From assembly GCF_001194135.2 (NCBI RefSeq), contig NC_068981.1, positions 153,436,405-153,482,027 on the forward strand: a stretch of DNA of 45,623 nt. The letters run 5' to 3'. The stretch comes from Octopus bimaculoides (taxonomy: Eukaryota). Below the pieces are notes generated by a model. It had not been told where the DNA came from. It saw only the letters and a list, made by a program, of their open reading frames with translations, and did no database searches. This document shows positions 23,200 to 35,673 of this stretch, in pieces; the first letter of the stretch is position 1; each line of letters opens with the position of its first letter. The position numbers and the translations under genes were made by a program.

Positions 23200-24124
23200 G
23201 TCTGCTTGTATGTGTGTATATATATCTGTCTGTCAGTCTATATGCATGTATATATGTATGCATGCATGTATATATGTACGTATGTATGAATGTATGTATG
23301 CATGCATATATGTGTGTATGTAGCTATGTATGTAAGCATGTATGTGCGTATGTAAGCATGTATGTATGCTTCTATGTATATGTATGTATGTAAATCGGAG
23401 TCCGTGCCGACAGTGCTATAAACATACCCAGGATGAATAAATAGTCCGAAAAACAGATATGGTAATGCCATGATATATCCGACTGAAAAATTCCACAATG
23501 ACTCACAGTTACCGTTTCCTTGCAAAATGTTAAATCAGTCTTTTTTTTTTATTTATTCTTTTATTGTGTTATGGATTTCCTTTCAACAAGTTGCAAATTT
23601 AGTTGCTGGTTTCAAATTATATCTTTGAATGAGAGAGGGTTGTATATACATAATCAATCGATTAAAACCTTGTAAATATTCGAATTTCAAAAGAAATATT
23701 GGTACCGCTATAGAAAATCATCAATAACAAATAAGAGACCATTAAGTTTTACAGTATCATCAATATTATTGATTAAACCAAAAACAAAATTGCGATATGA
23801 ATCTCCCTTTTGCTTTTCTTTTCTTTTCTTTTTTCTTTTTGTTTTGTTCAATATTTTAGCGCTAAGAAAGTTTGTCTGTCTTACAGTCTAAATATTATTA
23901 AATGTCTTTCCAGAAGATGCGTAAAATACGAATAATGGATGTGCCAGTGACGTTACGTCCCATATAATACGGCCTATAAATGATATATCATTATATATTT
24001 TATTTTTGAGATTTATAGCGGTTGAATAAATATTGGAATATGTTTGGCAATATATCAGCGAGGGACGAATAGTTGGTACTAACAGAATAGTGCTCTGTTC
24101 TAAGTTCCGGTTTAAACAAGCTGA

Positions 24125-24167
<43 letters not shown>

Positions 24168-24305
24168 CACTTGGCTACATCTATAAAAAAAGCTGTATTC
24201 GATCTCTTGATACGCACACACATATTAATGATAGTTTTTTNNNNNNNNNNNNNNNNNNNNNNACACACACACATAAATACATACATACATACATACATAT
24301 GATTA

Positions 24306-25198
24306 CTAGCTGACATACCCAGTAATTCCCGGGAAAGCAGGGCTTATCCCTTGGTTCCGTTCTCATAATTGTTTCGCTAATCTAATAACAACAATATAAA
24401 GTATGTAGCCCTTAAAACAGTTTTCCTGCATTTACAGAGAATACCGAACTGTCTTAAACAGGATCTTGTTTTTAGGAATTCCCCGTAAGTTATGAATACC
24501 CAAATTGTGGAGTCAGTTATGTAATAACAAGAAATTAGTTACCCAAAAGTAAGAATTCAAATAAAGTAGCCCCGAAAAGGGTTTTAATGCGTTCCCAGAG
24601 TATATAGAACATAGGAGGAAATACTAATAAGATATGTATACTAAAATCGTGAAGCATGTTACGTAATAACAGACTAATCAGATATGAGATAACAATTCAA
24701 AGTAAATAACTCTGAAAAGGGCTTCTGTGCGTTCCCAGAGAATATAGCACCAGGGGCGCTAGTGTTGGTATATTCGTGAATAAGTCACTAACCAAAATAA
24801 GTGAACCTATTGTTTAGGAAAATACTATTTACTTGTTTAAGGGTTGTACTGGATGAATTGCGAAAATAACTCTAACTGTTCAAATACAAAGGAATAAGCA
24901 TATTCAATTTGATTTATACCAAATAATTTAGGAAAATCGCTATATATAAGGATCCCTTCCAGGGGCGAATGGGTTATTTCCCTTGACTTTTAAAATAAAA
25001 TATATTAGATATATATAAGGATCCCTTCCAGGGACCCTACTATCGATTTTTTCAATAATCTGAGTATATTATGAGGTTTCCAAACATGAGTTCTACTCAC
25101 GTGTCAAGTTTCATCAAAATCAATAAAACAATGTAAGAGGAGTTAGCTAACAACTCCACAAACACACCCACAGACAGATTTCCCACATATGTAGTAGA
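24306..25198 (-). mobile_element. Non-autonomous Helitron
   Basis: Minus strand: A|TCTACTAC...CCCGG-gaatta-CTGGG-tatgtcag-CTAG|T. It has a 5' TC, a subterminal hairpin, a 3' CTAG, an A^T target, no TSD, and internal degenerate repeats. Confidence 0.78.
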
Positions 25199-25324
25199 TT
25201 ATTGAAGGTGTCGCACAATATCCAGTATTGTGATGTTGTAAATTGCCTATATTGTGTGTACTAGGGGTTTATACTGTCTGTCAAGTCACAAGAAGGACCT
25301 CTGACAGAGAGTACTTTACGCAGT

Positions 25325-25380
<56 letters not shown>

Positions 25381-25413
25381 ATTATCATTATTATAATTAT
25401 CATTATTATTATT

Positions 25414-25625
25414 AAGGCGGCGAGCTGACAGAATTGTCAGCACGCCGCACAAAATGCTTAGCAGTACTTCATCCGTCCTTACGTTCTGAGTTCAAATTTT
25501 GCCGATGTCGTCTTTGCTTTTCATTCTTTCGGGGTCAATGAAATAAGTACCAGTTACGCACTGGGGTCGATGAAATCGGCTAGCCCCTCCAAAATTTCAG
25601 GCCTTGTGCCTATAGTAGAAAGAAC
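25414..25625 (+). mobile_element. SINE family A, full length, preceded by (ATT)n (25327-25413)
   Basis: aaggcggcgagctgacagaattgtcagcacgcc...ctgagttcaaatt...ggccttgtgcctatagtagaaag. Confidence 0.92.
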
Positions 25626-25654
25626 TGTTGTTGTTACGTTTGTATATCCTAATT

Positions 25655-26064
25655 TAGTTGGCAAGTAATCTATCTTGAGGTTTGGTAACAACAAGTCTTC
25701 TCAAATCTCAAGAACATAGGATGGTACTTTTCTGCAGGTCGACAATGCGAGTTTCAATTCCAGTTTCTTTCACCCTTTTACGTAGCATTTTGGCTGTTGT
25801 GCCGAGTGCACCTATTACGACGGGAATGATAGTTGTCTTGGTCTTCCACAGTCTCCTCAGCTGTCTGGTTAGGTCTTGATATTTCTCAAACTTTCCATTT
25901 CTTTGGTAACGACTCTGTTACCATAGGAAATTGCAAAATATTTGATCTGATCTTGCACTGCTTATTTATTTTGTCTTCTATAATCATATCTGGTCTTTTT
26001 CCTTCGGTCAATTTTTATAGCAAAGTCTCACATAATCTTGTATCCTCATTTTCTACCACAATCT
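25655..26064 (-). pseudogene. R4/Dong-like LINE 3' fragment (RLE domain)
   Basis: Minus strand: ENED...KRPDMIIEDK...FEKYQDLTRQLRRLWKTKTTIIPVVIGALGTTAK...LQKSTIL. Confidence 0.88.
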
Positions 26065-26306
26065 CTTTTGCCACAAAGGCAGCTTCGGGAAGGGAATTAA
26101 GTTGATTACATTGACCCCTGTACGTAACTGGTACTTATTTAATCGACCCCGAAAGGATGAAAGGCAAAGTCGACCTGAGTTCAAACTCCGCCGAGGTCGA
26201 TTTTACTTTTCATCCTTTCGGGATCCATTAAATAAGTACCAGTTACGCACAGGGGTCGATGTAATCGACTTAATTCTCTCTTTTGACCTGCCCTTGTGGC
26301 AAAAAT
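26065..26306. repeat. Head-to-head inverted pair of SINE A 3' halves (112-bp arms, 17-nt loop)
   Basis: 26065-26176 is the reverse complement of 26194-26306, with shared variants acaggggtc, cttaatt and tgtggcaaaa. Confidence 0.9.
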
Positions 26307-26313
26307 TTGTAAC

Positions 26314-26370
<57 letters not shown>

Positions 26371-26935
26371 AGACTCTCGGATAGTTCTTAATTACCGGTT
26401 ATTCTTTACTTGAAAGCAGGTAATAACAAATCACCAAATCACCAAAGTAGTGCTTTTTGCTGTGACTCAAAGAAACAATACTCTCCTTAGAGTGCACGCT
26501 GTATCCAACAATGTTGTCTTCTGGATCACCTCAAGCCTCACAGCAGCTCCAATATTCTTAATATGTTTTTCAAAGCCCTTGGAAATCTGCTCCTAATGCT
26601 CCACCATTATCACCATTACTTTACTCATGCCCCATAACTTTCCTATCTCGTCCCGCAATGGCTGGTATTTCTCAGTCTTTTCTGTTTCTTTGCATTTCAC
26701 CCTCGCCTGGTATTGCAACATCTATTACTTTTACTTCTTTCTCATCTTTATGGGTGAGCATGATATCTGATCGTCTCGCCTCTATGACTTGGTCTCACTG
26801 CATGTTAAAATCCCAGAGTATTTTGTAATGTTCGTTTTCTATTACTCCCTTGTGTTCGTACCATTGTTCGGCTCTCTCGAGGTTTGTTTTACCACACAAC
26901 AGCCAGTGGACATATCTTAGCTAAGGACTTGAATA
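26314..26935 (-). pseudogene. R4/Dong-like LINE 3' fragment with 3' UTR and (TAA)n tail
   Basis: Minus strand: YVHWLLC...WYEH...IENEHYKILWDF...EARRSDI...VIDVAIPG...IQKTTLLDTA, ending in taataataat (the + strand (ATT)n at 26314-26368). Confidence 0.88.
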
Positions 26936-26974
26936 ATTGTTCATGTTTCTGTTGTTACTATTGTTGCTGTTGTT

Positions 26975-27165
26975 GATTTAGTAGTTATTTGCCTTAGGTC
27001 AACCTTGATCTAGCAGATGAAATGCATTCCAATCATGGCCATCAGCTTCTATGATTACATTTTCCAAGGTGTATCTCATTTTTGTAAGAAGTAGAAGGGG
27101 GTATAAGAAAAATTTAGCTGCTATTTTTAGCAGATCGATCAACAATGTACTGGCTTTCTTCATGA
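26975..27165 (+). repeat. Unclassified repeat D, near-complete copy
   Basis: ttgccttaggtcaaccttgatctagcag...gcattccaatcatggccatc...aaatttagctgctatttttagcagatcgatc. Confidence 0.6.
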
Positions 27166-27531
27166 CTCATTGCGACGGTAATGGAATGTTAAATGATTTT
27201 ACGTTGACGAAGGAGTAGAAGCGATCATGATTGTAAATTACTGACGAAATCGTTTAGTCCATAAAAAGGGTCGATAACGAGATAAGGGGGAAAATCTATA
27301 AATCTATAGTCATTCGGTGTTCAGCAAAGTAAAATCAATACGAAATATTATAGCAACAAAGTTATTATTTTAAATGATTAGAGTGATAGAGATATCTTTA
27401 AAAGTTTAAAGACCGCCATAATAAGAACATAGTGATGGTGTAATGGAGATTATGTTATGTTTTATGGTATAAATTTATGTATGTTTTGCTATATTATAAA
27501 ACAATGTTTATTACATGAAGCTATGGCCGTT

Positions 27532-27563
<32 letters not shown>

Positions 27564-27622
27564 TGTATGTATGTATGTATGTATGTATGCATGTATGTAT
27601 GCATGTATGTATGTATGTATGT

Positions 27623-27675
<53 letters not shown>

Positions 27676-27699
27676 GGAAGTGGTGGTTTGTTTTACACG

Positions 27700-28345
27700 T
27701 AGCTAGAAAGCTATAGTCTGTTGTGTATAGTTCTGAAGCTATGGTCTGTTGGATATAGCTATCAAGCTACAGTCATTTATTTATTACTACTACGATACGG
27801 TCCGTTGTGTATAGCCATGAAGTTATGAACTGCTGTATATATAGCTATCACGCTATAGCCATTTATATATAGCAATGAAGTTACGGTCTGTTGTACGAAG
27901 CCATCTTCTGTTGAATGAATCAGGGTTTTATTTTATAATGATATGTTTTATTTATGAAGCTGTTTTGTTGCAAGAAACTATATTTTTGTAACAATGGCAG
28001 TCTATATTTTATCATGTGAAACTATGTTTTGTTTTTGAGGCTCACTTTTGTTGCTGATGCTATGTTTGTTATGTAAAGTTACATTTTCTTCTGTGAAATT
28101 GTTTTGCTATATGAAACTCTTGTCTGAAGCTCTCTTTGTGTTGTACTGTTGTATGTAGCTATTGTTTGTTGTATATTATGCATTGTGTTGTGAAGCTATA
28201 CGATTTGCTCTGTCTAAAATGATATTTTGCTTTGTGAAGCTGTGGTTATTGAAATGAGATTTTGTTATGTGAAGATAAATTTTGTGTTATAAAGCTATGT
28301 TCTGTTATGTGAAACTATATCGGTTGTATGCAACAATGGTTTGTC
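27700..28345. repeat. Degenerate minisatellite, 20-30 bp units built on gaagctat..tgttgt
   Basis: Successive units: gaaagctatagtctgttgtgtatagttct / gaagctatggtctgttggatatagctat / gaagttatgaactgctgtatatatagctat. Remnants at 28836-28915 and 29480-29560. Confidence 0.8.
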
Positions 28346-28405
28346 GTATCAAACAGCTGTTGTGGATAGCCAAACCTGTTTCTCTACTAATATACGTAGA
28401 CATTA

Positions 28406-28612
28406 CGGTGGCGAGCTGGCAAAATCGTTAAGCACGCCGGGAAAATGCTTAGCGGTATTTTGTCCGTTCTGAGTTCAAACTCCGCCGAAGTCGACTTTGC
28501 CTTTCATCCTTTCGTGGTCAATAAATTAAGTACTAGTGAAACACTGGAGTCGATGTAATCGACTAAATCCCTCCCACCCAATTTTTTCTTGTGCCTAAGA
28601 AATTTGGAAGGA
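28406..28612 (+). mobile_element. SINE family A, full length
   Basis: cggtggcgagctggcaaaatcgttaagcacgccggg...gagttcaaactccgccgaagtcgactttgcctttcatcc...cttgtgcc. Confidence 0.9.
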
Positions 28613-28979
28613 ATATACGTAAACATTGTTTTATTATCAAGTATCACGCTGTTGTCATTGATTCAGGTATTAGTGACAACTCGCTGATACACACATACGC
28701 AATTCTACCAGTTACTCGAAATACAAAGTTGCGTCGTTTGGGTGGTTCGGTCTTTTGTTGCTTTGTGTTTCCTTTAAACCAAAAAGCGCCAAGCTATCTA
28801 GTAAATATTATATACTGACACCTGTCCCATTGATTTTTGTATGGAAGCTACGGTCTGTTGTATGATGCTAACTTTTACTGCTTAAAATTATGGTTAATTG
28901 TATGAAGCTCTGCCAGATACAGAAAGCTAAGTGCAGCAGTATGAGATTGTATTTGTTGCTAATTTGTTGCGAGATTCTC

Positions 28980-29152
28980 TGTCCCTCACTCACTCACTCT
29001 CTCACTCACTCTTTCTCTCTCTCTCACTCTTTATCTCCCTCTCACCCTCTCTCTCTCTCACTCTTTCTCTCTCACTCTTTCTCTCTCCCTCTCTCCCTCA
29101 CTCCTTATCTCCCTCCTTCCCTCACTTTTTATCTCCCCCTCTCTCTCGATTC

Positions 29153-29195
<43 letters not shown>

Positions 29196-29199
29196 TTCC

Positions 29200-29232
<33 letters not shown>
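28980..29232. repeat. CT-rich simple repeat
   Basis: Visible. It produces the Ser/Leu-rich false ORFs. Confidence 0.95.
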
Positions 29233-29233
<1 letters not shown>

Positions 29234-30488
29234 GCGTGTGTTAGTGTATTGTGTGTGTAAATCAAAACATTATTGTATAAAGATTATGGTTTCCTGTATA
29301 ACACTATTGCAACGTTATACACTATTGCAAAGGTTCAGGGGGAAAAAATGCTGTGACCTTGGTCGCTTGATCACCATGGAAACTGGATAACTGAACTTAT
29401 GACTCCTAAGACTCATAGGTAACTGGACCTATGAGTCCTAAGTCTCGAGACAGTGACCTTCAGATGTTGACGCACGACGCTATGCTTTGTCATGAGAAGC
29501 TGTGATCTATCGTATCAAGTTATGATATATCATATGAAGTTATGATTTGTTTGTGTGGAGCGATGTATATTTTGTATAACGAATCTTATGAGAGAAACGT
29601 GACAGCATTGCCTTAACAAAATTCGGCAAGTATTTGCGTATTTGCGTGAATCAAATGTTAAGACAATTTAAGAACAATATGATTTGTGTCTTGATACAGG
29701 TTAAGTTTATCACTGATATTTATTGATCAACAAGATATCCTTAATTAGTAGATGTAAAAACAAGTCTAATTCATTTGTGCTAAGACAGTACAAATTTCTT
29801 GAGTTGTTAAAAAGTGAACGAATCAAGCAATAAATTTGATACTTGTAAATCAATAATAGTATAAGAATGTATTTGTTCGAAGCGAAACGTACTGGTTACA
29901 TAGATTTCTATTTGTAGTTTATATTTAATTTAGACAACTTTTAGAAAGTTTCGGCTCCTCCGACATTGATGAAATTAAATAAAACCCGCATTGTTTCTTC
30001 TATTTTGGTTGGCCTGTTTATCTTATTTATTTGATATTTTATTTTTACTCATTTAAATCTATTAAATATAATATTCGAGTTATAATGACACTTACGTTCT
30101 TGTGACGCAACTCCGTCAGTTCATCACATCCTTCAATGAAGTAACTATATATATATATATGCGCGTGCGTATGTGTGTGTGTGTGTGTCTTTATCTGTGC
30201 GGTATTTGCTCCTGTGCGTATATGTGTGTGCATGTGTACGTGTGCAAATCACTGTAAGCGTGTGTCTGTTTGTGTGTGTCTGAGTATTCGTATGTGTTCA
30301 GGTATATTTGTTCGTAGTTTAGTCACAACTCTTCATTAAGAAAGTTGTTATATTCTGTGCGTGTATGTATGTGTATGTGTACATGTGCAAATCACTGTAC
30401 GCGTCTGTTTGAGTATTTGTATGTGTTCAGTTATATTTGTTCGTAATTTAGATATGCATATATATGTATGTACGTATGTATGTATATG

Positions 30489-30595
<107 letters not shown>

Positions 30596-31242
30596 CTATA
30601 TAACGTGCAAGTATATAAACATACATACATATAAGACATACATACACATATATACACATGTATACACATACATTACATACATACATTTATACATGTAATG
30701 TATGTATGTATGTATGTATGTATGTATGCATGTATGTATGTTCGTACGTAAACATACCTAGCAGCCCATTGGCGAATTTTAAAGAAAAGGTAAGAATATT
30801 TAAATTTCATTTCTAACGAATTCATCATAGGGAGGTGGAGACAATTAGTAGAATTTTCTAATGGGTGTGTCGTGTATACGTATCCATGGTAACGATTCCG
30901 TCGTTGCGTCGTTTAATTTAGACATTTTACACCATAGTTAATTTTAAATGATCATCGAGCTGGAATGTTGCTTGTCAAATGAGGAACAAAAATCCAATGA
31001 AGGCTGATTTGCGTGTTAAATTTAATTAAACAAAGCATCTGATGAAAATAAACTTGTTAAGGAAAGCTGAGAAGATTTGTGTGTTCTTTGCATGTTTGTT
31101 CTTGCTTTGTTTATTGGGTTCCTTCAGTCACCAACCTCCGATTTATAAAGACTTAACTTTCTTCGAGATTGTTCCACGCCCATATTTCTACATCCCTATT
31201 TATGTATGAACTCATCAAGAGTGTTCTTAGTGATATATATGT

Positions 31243-31295
<53 letters not shown>

Positions 31296-32139
31296 TATTA
31301 TATTATATTATATTAGATAGACAGATAGACAGACAGAATGACAGATAGACAAATAGATTTGTGCATATCCGTGTATGTGTTAGTATGAAGTTATGTATGG
31401 CTGCATGAATGCATGTATAAAGTAATTTTTGTATTTAATGTTTTTATTCAGTTGTTCATTATGAAGTATTGTTCATTTATACCATCTCTGCTCACATTGT
31501 TATTGATTCATATGAGTTGCCTTAACGTTCTCTTTTGTAAACGCTATAAATCAGTGAGGCTCACTGGTTTGTCGTATGTGGTTGTGTGTCATGTATGCCT
31601 TTCACGAGAATAATATTGATATATTGGAAAAAGGTTCCAACTGACAAGTAAAACAGAGCCTTTGAAGTTTTGTTAGTTAAAAACTCACTGCTGCACGCGG
31701 ACTGAATATTTAACAGGAGAGTTCATAGGAAAGGTGAATAACTTCAATTGTATAATGAGTTAAGTAACTAATGTTTCTAGTCTTGCTCATCGTCAGACAG
31801 TGAAGAAAAATCAAAAAAGCGTTGTTCAACGCTAGTAACTGGCTCTTCAACTCTACTATGAAGGATCAGGCAACTTTGTTCGATGATAGATTCGGTTCAG
31901 TGTTGTGACAGACTATCTTTCAGTATTTTGCTCTGGGTTCGAATTTCGCTGCAGTCATTTTTTCCAGGATTCGGAAAAACAAATGGTTGCTTTAGTACTG
32001 ATACCAATATAAACATTTATATCCTACCTCAAACAGTTGCGGGTTTCTGCCTTTGCTGGAAATCAATATTGCATTGTTAAAGCTTCTAGTTATTGTTGAT
32101 ATTGGTGGTAGTTTTGCGCCAGGTTAATCCTGATCCAGT

Positions 32140-32527
32140 GGAGGCGCAATGGCCCAGTGGTTAGGGCAGCGGACTCGCGGTCATTGGATCGTGGTTTCGA
32201 TTCCCAGGCCGGGCGTTGTGAGTGTTTATTGAGCGAAAACACCTAAAGCTCCACGAGGCTCCGGCAGGGGATGGTGGCGAACCCTGCTGTACTCTTCCAC
32301 CACAGCTTTCTCTCACTCTTTCTTTCTGCTTCTGTTGTACCTGTATTTCAAAGGGTCAGCCTTGTCACACTGTGTCACGCTGAATATCCCCGAGAACTAC
32401 GTTAAGAGTACACGTGTCTGTGGAGTGCTCAGCCACTTGCACGTTAATTTCACGAGCAGGCTGTTCCGTTGATCGGATCGACTGGAACCCTCGACGTCGT
32501 AAGCGACGGAGTGCCAACAACAACAGC
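32140..32527 (+). mobile_element. tRNA-head SINE family C, full length, young-looking
   Basis: A box tggcccagtgg, B box ggtttcgattcc, (CAA)n tail, exact 11-bp TSD cctgatccagt (32129-32139 / 32528-32538); inserted into a D remnant. Confidence 0.95.
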
Positions 32528-32928
32528 CCTGATCCAGTATTCCTCAGATCAAAGATGTTCCCGTTATATTCCTCATGTTTTTTTTCTTCCTTTTTATTAT
32601 GTTTTCTAGTAGATCTTATCGTCCTACAGCGGCTGCATCGTTGGCACTCATACAGCTGGTGATTCTTACTGGAAGTCGAGTCATTGTTTAAGTTGTAGTA
32701 TCTAAAAATGAAACTGGTGAAAGAAAGAGAGAAGGAGAAAGAGAAAGAATTAGAAGAAATACAAAGTAGTGTTATTCCTGTCGGACTTTGCATCCTAGCG
32801 TGTGTTTTTAATATCACTAAAAAAAACGAACCATTCCTTTCAAAACTTGCCAATTGTCCCTCTGTATTGTCCCTCCAACACTCAACCCCCTCCACACACA
32901 CGCGCTTTACAATTGAATTTTGTTTACT

Positions 32929-32960
<32 letters not shown>

Positions 32961-33182
32961 CTTATCTCCTTCCCTCACTCGCTGATTCCCAAGATTGCAG
33001 ATGACTGAAATTTACTTCTCTAAAATATATCTTACTAAATTACCGACCAGCTACTCTTAGAAATACACATTATTAACACAAGCCAAGAAACAGTACCAAT
33101 ATCTCCCCGAATTTCATTGTTCGCCATCAATGGTTTAGTGGTTGGAATACGTGCGGTGCCACTGACTGAAGAATTTGTATTT

Positions 33183-33915
33183 TTTATCTTTTACTTATTT
33201 CAGTCATTGAACTGCGACCATACTGGGGCAACGCCTTGAAGGGTTTTATTCAAACAGATCCCCCCACCACCACCACTACTTATTTTTAAGTCCTATACTT
33301 ATTGTATCGGTTATTTTTACCGAACTGCTAAATTACGGGGACGTGAACAAACCAAAACTGGTTGTCAAACGTTGGGGGTATACACACACACGCACATACG
33401 CTCACACGCACACACACACACACGCGCGAGCACACACACACACACACACATATATTTTTTTTTTATCAGGCGTGGCTATGTGATAAGCTTGCTTCACAAC
33501 CATATGGTTCCTGGTTCAGTCCCACTGCGTGGCACATTGATCAAGTCTCTTCTTCTCTATCCTCGGAAAACTAAAGTCATGTGAGTGGATTTAGTAGAAC
33601 CCAGCGGTTCGGCAAAACAGACGAATGGAATACATACCAGGCTTAAAGAGAAAAAAAGTACTAGAGTCGATTCATTCACCCACAAATTGTTTTAAGCGCT
33701 GCCCCAGCATGACCACAATCTGATGATTGAAACAAGTAAAAGATAAAAGATATATGTACATATGATGGACTTCTACGCAATTTCCGTCCAGGAAGGCATT
33801 AGTCGGATCGGGGAATTATTGTAGATGGTACTTACTCGAAGTATCACTCAGTGATACTGAATCCATAACCATGTAATCGAAAACCAGGCCTCTTAACTGC
33901 GCAGCCATGGCTGCT
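33183..33915 (-). mobile_element. SINE family B (old copy) interrupted in its internal microsatellite
   Basis: 3' half at 33183-33380 and 5' half at 33765-33915, both on the minus strand, flanking a + strand B copy. Confidence 0.75.
33467..33750 (+). mobile_element. SINE family B, internally deleted, nested in the previous copy
   Basis: caggcgtggctatgtgataag...ggttcagtcccactgcgtggcac...gaaacaagtaaaagataaaaga; lacks the central microsatellite part. Confidence 0.82.
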
Positions 33916-34271
33916 CCCCGCTAGAACTGCATCAAAAATTAGGAATGAAACGGGTGTAACAAATTTTGCCACGCATTTTCCCGCCACTCCACCAATTATG
34001 CTAATCCACGAGTCCAACACAATTTAATATTATTAACGACAAGCTAATGTTACGTTTGATGATTTATATAGGTTGACTTGTCCTTCACCGTTTCCTCTCT
34101 AACGAATAAATCATTTAAAATATCCATAATTCTCTTGTATGGTTTGATTATCGTTTTCGATTAAATTAGCTTCAAGCTTACGTGAAAAGAAACCATCTTT
34201 AATTGTTGCATTTTCCTTATTAGTGTGGGTCTCGTTTACTGAAAGAGAATAAGATAAAAACAGAAACATGA

Positions 34272-34319
<48 letters not shown>

Positions 34320-34394
34320 AGTTTGTATGAATGACTGGATATGTGCGATTGTGTATTTTTGTATATACTTCTACTAAACAGCTACAACCAATGG

Positions 34395-34510
34395 AATCAG
34401 TACTAGCATTCTATCGGTCTCTTTAGCCGAACCGCTACGTTACGGGGACGTAAATACATCGGTTGCAAAAACTCCGGTTATCAAGTAGTGGTGGGGGACA
34501 AACAGATACA

Positions 34511-34515
<5 letters not shown>
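34395..34515 (-). mobile_element. SINE family B fragment
   Basis: ttctatcggtctctttagccgaaccgctacgttacggggacgtaaa...gggggacaaacaga. Confidence 0.8.
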
Positions 34516-34551
<36 letters not shown>

Positions 34552-34561
34552 NNNNNNNNNN

Positions 34562-34600
<39 letters not shown>

Positions 34601-34762
34601 AACACATAAGTGTGTGTGCGTGCGTGCGTCCGTGTGAGGGTGTGTGTGATTGTGGGTGCGCGCGCGAGCGTGTGTTTGGCTGCTCTACTCACGATCTCAC
34701 GATCTCACGATAGACGTATAGATGTATGTACATATACGTATGTATATATGCATATAAATATA

Positions 34763-34795
<33 letters not shown>

Positions 34796-35214
34796 TATCT
34801 ATATTATTATATGATTGAACGCCACGCATCCACTTCCAACTCTTCCAAGTGAGTTTTATCTATCTGTCTATCTATCTAACTATCTCTCTATATATATATG
34901 TGTGTGTGTGTGTGCGTGCGTGCGTGTGTGTGTGTGTGTGTGTGTGTCTGTGTGTGTGTATGCATGTATGTATGTTAACGTATCTTTAAATTTAAGTTAC
35001 TTTAACTCTAAACCCTTCTAACCCTTCATTTATTTATTTGTACCATTGATAACCCAGAAAACTGTCGAAACCGGTTTGGCATTTGAATAAATCTAATAAG
35101 AAATTTTAAGACGACTGCACGTTTTCAGATTCAGGTGCGTTTTCAAACACCAAAAGAAATCCCCCTATATTTTTTTCCTGCGTGGGAATACACTTCTCTT
35201 CATATATATATTTT

Positions 35215-35335
35215 CTCTCCCTGTTTATTTCTGTGTTCCTTTCCGTCGAAGAGCGTAGGCTCGAAACGTAAAAGACTTTTTCACTTCCCGAGCGTTAAAT
35301 TAATACATCTGTTTGCTTTTTACACACCCGTGTTA
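35215..35335 (+). mobile_element. Interspersed repeat with hammerhead-like fold, probably a Penelope-type terminus
   Basis: CTTT CCGTCGA A GAGC-gtag-GCTC GAAA CG T A AAAG; homologous to 20200-20415. Confidence 0.6.
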
Positions 35336-35604
35336 GTATGTATATATATATGCATATATATATATACGAGTAAATGTATGTATATATTAATGTGTGTGTA
35401 TATATATATATATATAATTGTGCAGTTGCTTATTGGAAGAATATTTCTTCAAAATAGATGTATCTTCACATACACATGTGCAAGCTTACATGAATACAAA
35501 CACGCATAGGCTACGTACATATTTATAGACATATATATACTTAGCCATTTGCATATATATAGTGGTGTGTGCGCGCGCGTATGTGTGTGTTTCTGCATAT
35601 ATAG

Positions 35605-35673
<69 letters not shown>

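Noticed and set aside
27700-28345. CRISPR-like array
   Set aside because: The units are degenerate and contiguous, with no constant repeat and unique spacer structure, no cas genes, and a eukaryotic context.
32140-32215. tRNA gene
   Set aside because: A and B boxes are present, but the acceptor and anticodon stems do not pair well and the sequence continues into a SINE body with tail and TSD.
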